Below, piece by piece: positions 38,743 through 52,054 of a stretch of 64,000 bases of DNA. Below the pieces are notes generated by a model that saw nothing but the letters and a program-made list of their open reading frames with translations, was not told where the DNA came from and did not search any database. The DNA is from Paragordius varius. Its lineage: Eukaryota > Animalia > Nematomorpha. The stretch spans positions 8,990,001 through 9,054,000 of the forward strand of contig OZ176050.1 in the NCBI GenBank assembly GCA_964247055.1, written 5' to 3'. A program made the position numbers and the translations under genes. The first letter of the stretch is position 1; each line of letters begins with the position of its first letter.

Positions 38743-41700
38743 TTAATCCCAAAGCTTAATTTTTCCATCCCAACCGGCCGATAATATTTTAGAGGTTTCA
38801 TGCGGGTGCCATAAAACACTTATACAAACATCATCGTGAGCCTTGAACGACGTTACAACCTTGGTCGTATTCCAATCCCATATCCAAATTTTGCCATCGG
38901 CATCGCCTGTAATAACGTACGTTTGGTCCGGACTGAAATCTGGGCTACAACCATAACCTGCAACCTAGTAGGAAAGAGAATAATTTATTTTAGAGTTAGA
39001 TCATTGCTAACACCAAAAATTTTGAAGGGCCAAATAAAATATTTTTATGGTTTCAAGGGCCATGTACCATATAATCCCGTCAAATTTGGCAATTAGTCTA
39101 TTAACAAAGGAATAATTTAGGGCTAAAAATCATTTTTCCACAGAATATAATTATGGACAAAAAGTGAATCAAATCTAGCCCATATGATATATATATATAT
39201 ATATATATATAATTGAAAACAAAATACTTAAGCTTACTTTTCTGATAAAAATGAATGACACAAGTTAAGTGCAAGAAAACTTTGTAATAAAGAGCAAAAT
39301 AAATATTTGGACAAACAAATGACCCATTTCAAACCTTAAAAACGTATACAACCATTTGGAAGTAACCGCAAAAACGCCAGACGCACACCTTAAGTAAAAA
39401 GATTTAACAAAACTTTAAAAAAACTAAACTTGGACATTATCGATTGTGGAGAGCTGCCAGACAAAGATGAATGGAATAAGGTTATTTATGGACAAAGTCA
39501 AACATGATGATATAAACGTATATTAAGCTTGGAACCAAGCCAAAAAATAATTTTTCAGATTAGATATCAGAAATTTAAGAAAATAAAATTAGCGTGGGTC
39601 AATATTTTCTTACTCCAACAACCAAAAATAATTTAGACGGAGAAAATGAACCGGTTTTTTCTGAAATTATATTTCCAATTTCACAAAAAAAAACCATGTT
39701 GTTTGTTTGTTGAAAAATCACAAGTTATCATACTACTTTTAGATGAAAATAGATAATTTTTTAATTTTAAGATAAATATAAGATTAAATAACCATGTGGC
39801 CCCTGAACGTTTTCTTTTTGCGCCAACGCAATCCACCCATGACTTGATACATCATAATTTTATTATCCATAGATTGGCAAGCTAACCATTTTTCTGTAAA
39901 AATAAATAATGTATAAATTATTGTTATAAGGCAAAATTTAAAAAAATATTGATTGATAATATATGTAAATGCTTTCATATTTTCCTGATAATAAATATTA
40001 TTAATTAAAAATATCATGGCATGGAACATAATAAGTATTTTATTTTTATAACGATTTCACACCAATTTCCAAACAAAAATAATTAATATATTTATAACAT
40101 TCGAAAATTGAAAAATAATAAATTACGATTTGGTGATAGGGTAACACAAGGCAACGCATGCATAGAGGGATCGGCAACATAATGGGTATCGACAGGAATA
40201 TCCCTATAAATTATAAATGGTAAAAAATAATTTAATGACAAGTTTCATAAACAAAACAAAATTATAATCATTTATAAATACAAAAATGGTAATTGTTAAA
40301 ATATAAATAATTACCATTCCCATATTCTCATAGTTTTGTCATCAGATGTGGTAGCAAATTTTTTATTGTTATCAATGAAAGTGATTGAATTAACTGCACC
40401 TAAATGTCGATCATACTCCTGTACAACCTCGGAAGATCTAGTGTCAAACTAAACAATAATGTAATATCATGATTTAAGCAGGTGTAAGGTTTTTGCATAA
40501 AATCCGTAAGAAAATAATAAATTGTTGAAACTTTAAAGTTTAATCATATTTCATTATTTATTACAAGTTTAATCATTTAGTTATGTTTAATTTTACATTT
40601 TTATCTTAATTCACTATAATTTATTACTGTAATAAAATAATTATAAATAATAAAGGTCTTTTGTAAAAATGTAGTTACTTAATGCAAAAATAATATATTC
40701 TGTAATGTATAAATTGGAATATCATTCTCTAATGAAATTTCAGATGAGGGCTAATAAAATTATTCCAATAATAAAGAAAACTTACACATAAGACTTTTTT
40801 ATTGGACATTCCAGCCAAAAATAAATGTTGCAAACTTTCTGTCGGATTAAAACGGACGCAATAGCAAACTTTGCGGTTCGGAAATTTAGCGATAGCTTTT
40901 CCTATTATTAGATAAAAAATAAAATAGGAGAGAAAATATTAATAATGAACAGTCAGGCAGCCACTTTAACTGCGCTTATCAAACTGAAACAAATCAAAAC
41001 CAACTAATGTATATCGGCAAGATTTTAAAATAATTATAAAATTTCACCATTTTTTAGATTAAAATTTGGTTTACTTGATTCAAACTATAATTACATTATA
41101 GCACGTTTTTGGCTGTATTTATATTTAAATGCGGTCATGATTAATACAGAGAATATAAAAACAATTAGAAAACAACAATAATAATTTATCTCAAATCAGC
41201 TATTTTTCAACAGCTTTGATGATAAATATAAAAATTAGGCTAAAAATTAACCTGTTTCAGTGTCCCACATTTTGATGTATTTATCATAACCGGCTGAAAG
41301 AAAGTGTCTACCATTATTGTTAAATGAAACATCTCGAATGGCCTGCAAATGTCCTGAATAGGTCATTATCACACGTCGCTGACTATATGCTTCCCATAAC
41401 TGTTTAAAGATAGAATAGAGATGGTTAAAATATAAATAAAGTGATCAAATAGGAAATTAAAAATATATTCATCAATCATATTTAAACCAAATATTAATAA
41501 ATAAGTCTTTATATTTATCGTGCCGCAACATTATTTACTAGAAACCTTAAAATTTCAAAAAAAAACTTTTAGAAAAAATAATTTTAGCAGTATAATAAAT
41601 ACCTATGCTAAGTATTATGTGTGTTTAGATTAAAAAACGATATTTTCAGTAAACAGCTAATTCTCGAGATATATATATCTAAAGAGTCCATTTTTCCAAA

Positions 41701-44246
41701 AAAAGATAAAAAAACAAAAAAGAGAAAACTTTAATTTTAGCATCCATGCCAGCTGATAGGAATAGATGGGCAGATCGAGGAAACCAACGTATAGTTGAGA
41801 TTCCCTTAGTGTGTCCGGAATAGCAATGTAACAATTTTTTTGGAATGTAACAACGATCAGGGATATAATCGGCCCTAAGATTAACCCCCAAATCGTGGGG
41901 TGCATGGAGAAATGATCGGTTTTGATAATCATAGGGATCGGGTACTAAAATATATTTATAGGTATAGATATATGATTATTAAAATTTATATTATCAGACA
42001 AAAACTCCCACTATGTTTTTTAAGTGAAAAGTAATATTACAGTAAAAAATGAAATTATACGGACCAAACTTTAAAATATAGAGATAAATATTTTTTTCTA
42101 AATGAAACCATTTTTAAATATAACTTTTTGTTTAAAATTATAATATAGATGTATATTGGTGAAATAAACAATTATTTATTTTATAATTGTAATTAAATAC
42201 TTTATTTGGGCAAGATTAAGGATTAAATATGGTTGTCTTTTTAAAAAAAATATTTGTCCTTATATTTTCACGCTGTATAACTTCATAGTAAATACAGTAT
42301 GCACATTTATGATGACCTATTCACATTATTATTATATTGGCAACATAGTATAGTATATGTAAAAACAACAAAATGTTTAAACAATTTTATTTTTAATGTG
42401 GTTAATTATGGACAAAATTTGTTTTATAACACATGCTAATGTTTACCTATTGCCCAACAATAACGAGATTAGACCAGCATATATATGCATACTGTAATCA
42501 AAAATAAATGACTATACTATGTAAAACAGATTTTTCCATAACAATTTTTTCAGGATCTTCAGTTTTCTTTTTCCGTTTTGCCAAAATTTCCTTCAATTCA
42601 ACTTGTTGCTCCTATCAATAAAGAATTTTAAATATTTATAGTCATTTCCAAATTTAAAAAAATGAAAAATTTTCTAAATAAAAAAAAACTATAAAAGTAA
42701 ATCTTTTTCATAAAAAGGTAATAGGAGATTAAAATCCAACTTCAGTAGGGCGAGATACAGTTTCTTCATCCACAAATTTAGCCCAAGGTCCCAAAAAACC
42801 TTCAATGTCAGATGGATCTTTGGCAATCACCTTTTTCCTTTCTAAATATTAAAAATAAAATAATTCAAAAAGTTAAAGTATTTTTTGTTGAGAAAAATAA
42901 AACTTTAACAAAATTCTGTCAATTAAAGTATCGACCTTTTTAGAAGCCAATGTATAATATATTATTTTTGAGTTGACAAATAATAACATCGGATGTGTAT
43001 TTGCCAGAAAAATTGGTACAATAAACCCTAGATAAAGTTCATAGATAATGTTTTTATATACAGACCAATATTTAATTTAGCAACACGACATAACCTAGGA
43101 AATATAATTTCTACTGATTACAAAGGATGTCTGAAAAAACGTATTTGATATTAGCATAAAGATTTAATATTTATCCTAATAAAATGTTATTATCAAAAAA
43201 GAATTGAAGGATATAGCTATAGAATGAAATATGCTATAATAATATAAAATTGAATAAAAGTAATATTTTAGTACATCATGTAACAAGAGGGCTTTAATTT
43301 TGGAGTTTATAAAAAGGTTTATTAATTTAACTCTATATAAATTCACAGTGATAAAGAAAATTATTCGAACCTCAATAATTTAATAAATAAAAATCTACAA
43401 CATGCTCAATAAAATTTAAAATTAACCCGCTTTTGAATTTTTAAAATCGATTGAGATCAAGTAAACATCAGGGTGTTGTAACATTTCAACAATAAAAATA
43501 ATAGAATTATTTGGTCATATTTACAAAGTATACCTGTCTGTTCACTGTAACAATTTTAGAGATAAACCATTTAGAAAAATAAAAGCATCAATTATAATAA
43601 GACTTTAAAATTAAATATAATAATTGAATCCAATCACCAGTATAAAAAACTTTAAAAAATTTGAAAAACTAACTTTTGTGGAATGAAGCGGTTTCATCTG
43701 GAACTGTCCCAATCGTCGCGTTGGCAGAATTTATAGATGGATCAATGGCATGACCTGTCAAAATTTATAATTTAAACATATTATATATGCTTTTATTATA
43801 AATAATTGCAAAATAATAGATAACCTTCTACATAAAATGTTTTCCGTTGGATTTCAAAATCCGACTCATTAACGTTTTCTGGTTCCACATAACCGGAAAA
43901 TGTATTCTTAATAGCACTTGACTGTTGAGTTTTATGAGGATTTTTGGGTCCAACATCGGGTGCAAACATTTCATCATAGGTGTAATTTTGTGTTATTTCC
44001 TTTACATCTTTGGATAGATAATGTAATGGGTCAATAGTTTTCTACAATATGCATAAATATTAATTAATTTCCAAATAATATTTAAGGATAGGCAAAATAT
44101 GATTAACTTACATCTATCGGTACGGCTGGAGTCAAATTAATATTAAGTTGGGATTTTAATTCTTGAATAGATGTAAGTGAATTTGTGGGCAAATTTGTTT
44201 TATCTTCGGAGTCGCTTTCAGATCCATAATTTTGAAGCACCTCCAT
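38743..44246 (-). CDS. CDC40: Pre-mRNA-processing factor 17 (CDC40/PRP17), WD40 repeats
   Basis: Starts [15 protein letters not shown]. Contains [62 protein letters not shown] and the C-terminal [22 protein letters not shown]. Confidence 0.95.
39187..39211. repeat. (AT)n microsatellite
   Basis: Uninterrupted AT dinucleotide run. Confidence 0.9.
42402..42487 (+). repeat. Dispersed repeat fragment, copy B (in a CDC40 intron)
   Basis: ttaattatggacaaaatttgttttataacacatg...ccaacaataa...ccagcat is similar to 26941-27026. Confidence 0.7.
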
Positions 44247-44302
44247 TATGAATGAAAGAAAATAACCGCTGTACGGTGATGGGGTGAGAGCATAAATTTA
44301 TC
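44247..44302. promoter_or_regulatory. Putative bidirectional promoter between CDC40 and the ceramidase
   Basis: 56 nt between two divergent ATGs (44246 on -, 44303 on +), both supported by homology. Confidence 0.65.
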
Positions 44303-45347
44303 ATGAATATATTTGAACGTAATTCGGCTCCTGTGGATTGGTGTGAACAGAATTTTGTAATAACTACCTCGATAGCTGAATTTTTTAATACGGTATTGTG
44401 TCATTTTATTTATAGATTAGCAATATACTTTTTTTCATTTTCCCACCAATACTAATTTATTTGTTCATACCGTATGGAAAACAATTTGATTCCGTATAAC
44501 AATCATAATTTTATTAGTCTATACACCTTGTTTGGTCTTTACTTATAATTGTTGGTGTTTGTTCCACCTATTTTCATGCAACACTCAGTTTGGCTGGCCA
44601 ACTTTTGGATGAATTGGCAATTTTGTGGGTGATCCATATCGTTTTTGCATTATGGTTTCCACGGCGACTTTTACCAAAAATGTTTAAGAATAACCGGTAA
44701 ATTTTTATATTTATTAGGAGACTTTATTTTATATACCTTATAACAACTATGGGAATTTTATCCACTTACCTCTGTTGCATCAAGCCGAGTGTAAATGCCT
44801 TTGTCCTAATGACATTTGGTGTACCGACAATGACTCTATTATTTAAAGAAGTTAAAAAGTAACATTAGAATAGTTTCTCATTATATCATTTACGCTTTAT
44901 GATAAACCTTATTTTTTGTCAAATTTTAACACATTCTTCGTAATTTAATTTGGTAAAGTTGGCTTTTAAAGAGAATCCCTTAATAAATATTGTGATATTT
45001 TAAGTTGTTTTTAGGAGTTTTTTGTCTCTAATTTTTTACACTTATTCACTTTCTGACATAGGAGTGAATGTCTTAAAGTCCATTATTTGGGCCAACGTTC
45101 GTTTTGTTTATGGGCTCTGGCTCTGGTTTCATGGATTGTGGATAGGGCTTTGTGTCACCCATATCTTTATTCAACTTTTCCGTATTTGCATTCTTTATGG
45201 CACATTCTTATATTGCTTGCGACTTATGAGGTATGCGTCCTTTTTGCCTACTTTCACGCTGTCAATGAAGCACCTTCTACTATAGGAATCCCGGTTCTTA
45301 TCTATTGGCCGTTTCTTCCACAAACATCTACCTTAAAGTATGTATAA
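44303..45347 (+). CDS. ACER: Alkaline ceramidase (ACER1/2-like, CREST family); may extend to 46142
   Basis: [18 protein letters not shown]...[41 protein letters not shown]. Introns of 23, 24 and 21 nt plus a longer one. Confidence 0.92.
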
Positions 45348-46900
45348 TACATATTTTATACCTATGTAAAAATTGTTTAAATATTTTACAATATTAAAAA
45401 AAATGGTAAAAATTCTTTAAGCTTTCATTTTATAAATTACATATTGATGATAAATTATTCTATATAACTTTTGTTATTCTCTACTAATATATATGATATT
45501 TTGATATATTAGATTTTAATATATTAACGAAATTGTGTGAGTAAAATTATCTGTCTGCTAATTTATAGAATTTTTAAAAAAATACATATTTGTTTGATCA
45601 TATATCATGTAATTGTATATTATTATTTAATTTTGCTAAAATATATTATTGGTTATTATTTTAGAAAAAATCAAACTATGCATCATCGCATTTATAAATA
45701 CCTTATTCCACATTCCATGCAATTACAATTCAAATCATGGTCACAACAATACTTTAGGAGTGAAATTGGACGAATACCTCATGTATTATTTATGCCTATA
45801 CCATCTAACACTATTGATTCCAATGATATTGACACCAGTTTTATGTCATATCATAAAAGAGAATCGGAGATTTGCAGTCATATGCAAAAGGATAGTTGGA
45901 ATATTAACGAAAAATGCAATAATTATTTCATATATGAGAATGGCTTGCAAAACGGGATCAAAAAATATTGTTCAGGTTCTACAATACATGTTTTAATTTT
46001 GTTAAATGTATTTTAAAGCTGGCATTATAAGTTTTTGCTTCGAAAGAAATAAATTATTTTAACATATATTTTATAAATTATATATGGTTTTTAGATTGCC
46101 GATGTAAGGCTTGTACCTATGAAAGTTTACTCTATCTCATAATGAATAATCACAATCAACATCAATCATCTTCTAATTATCCCGAGAAATATATTGAAAT
46201 TAATTATCAGGCTTAAATATCAATAGTGAGTGTTTATATAGTTTATATGTATAAATAGTAAATTATTATCCAAAAATCATAGCAAATTATTTACCACCTA
46301 ATCATGCAATATAACCTGTATGGATAGCAAATGGATTTATATTTAATATATGTCATTTTAGAATAAATAATTATTATAATTCATATAATTTTGGGGAATA
46401 TAATTATATATTAAAAATAAATTGTTAGACCTATTAAAAAGCTGTTTGGAAAAATGTATTATATTTTGATTTATTCAGTCACATAGATTCAACATAAAGT
46501 ATTTCACGATTTAACCATACCCAATAATATAATTTAATTTAATCTTTACATTGAATTACAGTATGCACATTTCTGGCTTATGCACATATTGTTGGTCAAT
46601 TTGTAATGTAATAGCGTATTTTATGAAACAAATTTTTTTCATAATTAAATAAGTTAAGTATATATATAATAAAAAAAATTGTTTGATTTCAGCATTTTAT
46701 TGCACTATTTGAAAAAAGGGAATAAAATTGTGATCCATACATGTGGATTATTTTGAAACATTATTTTATAGTTAAGATCTCACAGGAAAACTGTGCATTC
46801 AATATATTGTTTACCGGTGTGAAGGTTACAAATTGACGGCTAACGGAAAAACGGCTATACTATAATTTATATCTTTTAATGGGTATTATTTAAAGCCTTA

Positions 46901-48996
46901 TTGAACTCGTATGGCTTCTTAAGTTTTTTGAAAATTAGCTCTGAAACTACGCCATTTTTGTGTGGCCTCTTAGTTTTAAACCGGTAGACTCCTACCCATA
47001 CACCTATTTATCAAAAGCGCTGACTTAAATTCTTTGCCTTTATAGGGCAAAAATTTGGCATCATCTTTTATACCATCTTCTCATGGGTTGTTTGAAAAAA
47101 ATACCTTAACACTAAATAATCCTTTTATGATGGCCTATTTTTAGGCATAAAAACCCCAAATTAAAGGCTAATAAAAAACGCCTGATTTACCTACGGGTAA
47201 TATTGTAAGCTTTTAATGAGCTCATATGGCTTAATAAATTTTCTGTAAATTAGCTCCAAAACAACGCAATTTCTATATAGTGGGGCGGGTAGCTGCTTAC
47301 CCAGGGGAAGGTATAAAAAAGCGGTGGGTAAAATTTTTGCTTTTATATGGGGAATATCTGGAATTATCATGGATTCCATATGTTCCTATAAGTTATTTTG
47401 TTTTATAACAAATTGTTCTATGGCGGCGCATTTTTCAGAACGTAAAACTTTACTTAAATATTTTTTTTTTTAAGGGGTAATAAATAATTTAGGCCCTTAT
47501 TGAACTCACATATAGATTTTCTAAAATTTGGCTCCAATGCATGCTTTATCGATATGGGGACGCAGTTTTACGCGGGTAGCCCCCTAACCAGGGGAGAAAC
47601 AAAAAAACGCTCGATTAATATTTTTGCCTTGATTCGGGTAATACCTGGAATCATGATTGATTTCATATGCTCTCATGGGATTTTCGAAAAATTGCCTCAA
47701 AACCAAAAGGTATTCTATGGTGGCGCATTTTCAGGGCAAGGACCTAATTAAGGGTTAATTTAATAAAACCGCTCTACATATATTTTGCCTTTTTACGGGC
47801 TATATTTTAAGTCTTTATTGAACTCATACGGCTTGATAAGTTTTCTAATATTTGCCTCCAATATCACGCTATGGTGGCGCAGTTGTAAGCTAGTAGCCCC
47901 CTACCCAGAGGCCAATATAAAAAAGACGTTTGATAAAATTTGCCTTTATAGGGGAATACCTGGAATCATCATTCATTCTATATGTCCTTAGTTTTTGGAA
48001 GAATGGGACCAAAACTAAATAATAGTTCAATGATAGCGCATTTTTTATGGCGTAAAGGGCCTAATTAACTGCTAATTTAAAAAACCCCTCCGCTTGAATT
48101 TTTGCCTTTTTACGTGTAATATTTCAGGCTTTTATTAAACTTATATTTCCTGATAAGTTTTCTGAAATTTAACTCCTAAACAACGCAATTTCGATATGGT
48201 GGCGCAGTTTTAGGCTGGTAGCTCCCTACCCAGAGGCTGATACAAAAAAAGCGTTTGATTAAAATTTTTGCCTTTTTTCGGAGAATACCTGGAGTCCAGA
48301 TTGATTCCATAATAGTTTTTGGAAAATTGCCTAAAACCTAAAAATTCTATGGTGGCACATTTTTCAGGGCGTGAAGGGCCTAATAAACGGCTAATTTTAA
48401 AAAAAACATGCGACCTAAATATTTACCTTGTTACGTGTAATAATTTAAGCACCTATAGAACTGCCTGATAGGTTTTCTGAAATTTAGCCCCAAAGGCACG
48501 CTATTTTGATATGACGGGGCAGGTATCTCCTTACCCAGCAGCCAATATAAAAGAAACGCACGATTAAAATTTTGCCTTTTAACAGGGAATACGAATCCTC
48601 GTTGAATTTTTACAATCTCATACCTTGGACGAAAAACAGATTAAAATTGTTTTTGTGGAAAAGCGGCATTTCGGGGGAGCTAGGGCCTAAATTAAAAAAG
48701 TGAGCCGACTATGTTCGGCGCAATCGAAAAAAAGTAAAAAATCATATTTGAAATCGAATGGGATAACACGTTTTCCGGAAAATTGTCTTAAAGATTCGAT
48801 TTTTGTGGATTTCTGTTAAAAACCGTTTTTTAGACGTGGTTGGCCCGAACTGGGGACCTAATTCAAAAAAAAGGCGCAGGTATTGTCGAAGCATTCATTG
48901 AATTATAGTTTTTCGACATTTGGATTTGAATGGGTCTAGTGGTTTTCTGGAAACAGATCACAAAGCCTGCATTTTTTAATTTTATAAATATATAGA
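46901..48996 (-). mobile_element. Helitron-like non-autonomous repeat, copy 2, inverted relative to copy 1
   Basis: The reverse complement starts A|TCTATATATTTATAAAA...ggctttgtgatctgtttcc.gaaaacc...tagacccattcaaatccaaatgtc, as in copy 1. It has the same ~310 bp units and shares the inner end aagaagccatacgagttcaa. Confidence 0.55.
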
Positions 48997-51900
48997 TGAA
49001 GGTTTTCCCTATTTGGTTAATTCTTACAAAACAATGTTATACCTATTGAATATCATTTATTTTTAAATTCATTGGATGCGGTATATTTAGAATTAAGATA
49101 TAGGTTCTTAAGTATACGGTAAATTTCAACCCAGGACCCAAAAAGAAATATGACATGATCTAAAATCAATATAGGATTTATGTTCTCATGAAATATTAAT
49201 GTTTTGGAGACTATGATCAAGTAATTATAGAACTATTAGTCTAACACGGCAATCAACCTTTCATATATAGAATGTAACTATACTAAATGACATAACAATT
49301 CTAACAGAGGATACTATCAAACTCTTATTATGTTGTATGGTTTAATTTATATTACAATATATATTTCAATATATGCCGATATATTTTTAATAAATTGAAT
49401 ATTCATTTATTATATGCATTTAAAGCACTGTGTGCAAAAATATTTTAACAAAATATTTTTTTCCCTGAGATATAGCTTATGACCAGCAATTTCATTTGCC
49501 GTAAAAAATTTTACTTGTTTACGAGTTTTTGAAATATTGAGAGAAAATTGAAATCGGACAAAAAGGGAATAAGGATCATCAAGGATTATATAATGGTAAA
49601 AATTAAGATATGGTTTATTATCGTTTTAGGAGATATTTTTATTTTATAAATAGCCTAAAATTATATAGTTAGGGCTTGTGTAATATCTCAGTTCAGATGG
49701 GATTTTTCTTTTAATAGACGAAAAATTTCCATGAACTATTAAAATATTTATTTACCTGCTAAACTCACTATTAAAATTTTAACATTCATATCTTATTCAA
49801 TAAAAAACTTATATATCAGAATAAAGGTAAAAAATATTGTTTTTCATTTTTTTATTTTTTTATCACCTGGTTTATGAATGTATAAAAATTTTACTGTTTT
49901 ATTTTGGAATCTTGCATGAACGGGAATTATAAAGTATATAAATTAAAACATATATAAGGTTTACAAGTTATGGAATAAACATCAAAAATTTGTCCAAATG
50001 CTTCCACTACTTTTAAATACTATTTTGCATAATTAGTATACTTTATGATTCTCACTTATGTCAGATCATAATATTTATTTTATACATTCATGAAACAGAT
50101 GACAAAAAATGAAAAAAAACAATTTGCTATTATTTTGATGTGAGCTTTTTTTACTGAATAAAACATGAAAGTTTACATTTAAATAGTGAATTTCACTAGT
50201 TTATATTTTCATAAAATTATTTTAATATAGTTTCATAGAAAAATAAATCTTTAAAATATTCAATACCATCTTGAGATTTTATACAAACCCTTACATATGA
50301 TTTTAGGCTATTTATATATTAAAGATATATCCTAAAACCATACTATCTCAAGTTTTGTAATTTTTTGAATTATTCTTAATTATACTCAATCTCGACTTTT
50401 TGCCCGATTTCGATTTTCTCTAAATATTTCAAAAATTAGGTCGCATATTAAAATTTTTGCGGCAAATAAATTCCCAGGTCACATGCTATCTCATGAAAAA
50501 ATTTTTATTAAAAAAATTAACCCTCTTTTTTTGCACACAAATTAGGCTGAAATTCCTGCCTGTGAAATCTCACTGTATCGACATATTTTTCATATATTTT
50601 AATCTATGTACACGGGGAATAATTGTTTATTTAAATTAAATATAAAATAAACTTAAATATCCCATTATTGCCCTTAATTATTTTTGCTTTGGTCTTTCCA
50701 TAGCATTAGTTATTGAAAAATAAAAAAATGGGTTAATACAAAAATTGTTAACTTGTATTATCTAAACAAATTATCGAAGCGACCCGGCAATTTTTGATTG
50801 TTTTAACTTTCGCGACCCATTTAAACTAAAATTTTATAAATTTAAAGTTTACCTTTTTAAAAAATACATGATATTTTTGGATTGAAGCTTTTTAAACCGA
50901 AATAAATGTATTTAGCTTGACGCACGTTTGTGATTATTTGATCACAAAAGTGGTAAAACTTTCTTACACTTTGATCTATGAATTCTAATTTGAATATCTT
51001 GTTAAGTATTTAAACTATTTAGCCGAATTTAAAAATATATGGGTCTGTATTCCGACTTTCTACTGCTTTTTAAAAATTAACAAATACATCAAATTTTAAT
51101 ATATAATCCTCTGTTAAAATAAGCCAAAATCAAAAATAAGATTTATTTTGTGGTAAAATACTAAGATTAGGCTATTTTTAATTGGTTAGTATTTTATTAT
51201 CTTCTCGAATTATACATATAATCGGCTTTTGGACCGGTCAAGCTGCTTATGAAGAGGACCGCGTGCCAAAACTATAAATCTAAGGCTCCACCCCAAAATT
51301 TAGACTTATAGCCTTATCATTCAGGGCTTCCGCAAAAGATGCGTCATAATAGTAATAAACGCAAAATGAATATATGAAACTTTGGTAAAAATTTTATCAA
51401 TTTTTAAATGTTCAAATTGTTTTATTAAAGTTTAAATTAGGTTAACTTACTTATTGGTTACTTTTAATTATCAATGATCTTATTAGACATACTTACACCA
51501 AAAATGTGGTTACAAAACTTGCAAAGTATGTTTATATTTTGTACTGCGTCAAGGAAAAAATATGGTCACATATGAATTTTTCATACCTCCCGATTTGGGC
51601 TATGCAAATTAACCTTTTATATTTTAAAAAACAGTTAAAAAATTGGTTATTGCTGTATTTTTGATGGCACCTAAACGCATGTAAGATGTTTGAAAAAACC
51701 AAAATATTTAGAAGCAAAAAGATTATTGGCCATATCATTTTAAAAATATAGAATATATAAGGGAGAGGGTAACGACGAGGGTTTGTAATGTAAATGATGT
51801 TAATATCGTCGTAAAATAACGTAAAAATAAACTATAATTTATTAATTCTCAAATTTTCGCCATAGGCAACATCAGGAGATTAGTTACGAAAAATATTTGT

Positions 51901-52054
51901 ACTCTAAAATATGGTTAAATAAAAAATTGCTATCAAATATATGCGAAAAATATTTTTTATTCAAAGTTATATATTGACAAAAAATATAATCTAGTAAACC
52001 ATGAAATAATAATAAACACGATTGCACAATAAGTTATTCGGTTTCATATTTCCG

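Noticed and set aside
39048-39070. Plus-strand GFKGHV resembling the CDC40 FRGHM motif, as a possible inverted exon duplicate
   Set aside because: The match is only about five residues, on the opposite strand inside an intron, with no further similarity.
46901-47991. ORFs 47191-47379, 47500-47751 and 47785-47991 (and 16420-16755) as genes
   Set aside because: They lie within the non-coding repeat and are not preserved between the two copies.
16411-48996. A giant composite or foldback transposon whose two arms captured four genes
   Set aside because: There is no target-site duplication outside the arms (left ...gataagtaa, right tgaaggttt), the arms are clearly diverged, the cargo is ordinary intron-rich housekeeping genes, and the A|TC ends fit independent Helitron-like insertions better.
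49000-51900. Short ORFs in AT-rich intergenic stretches (also 18400-21400, 53400-56600 and 57900-59200)
   Set aside because: They are F/I/L/K/Y-rich frames expected by chance at this AT content, with no splice-linked homology. I also recognised no tRNA or rRNA genes.
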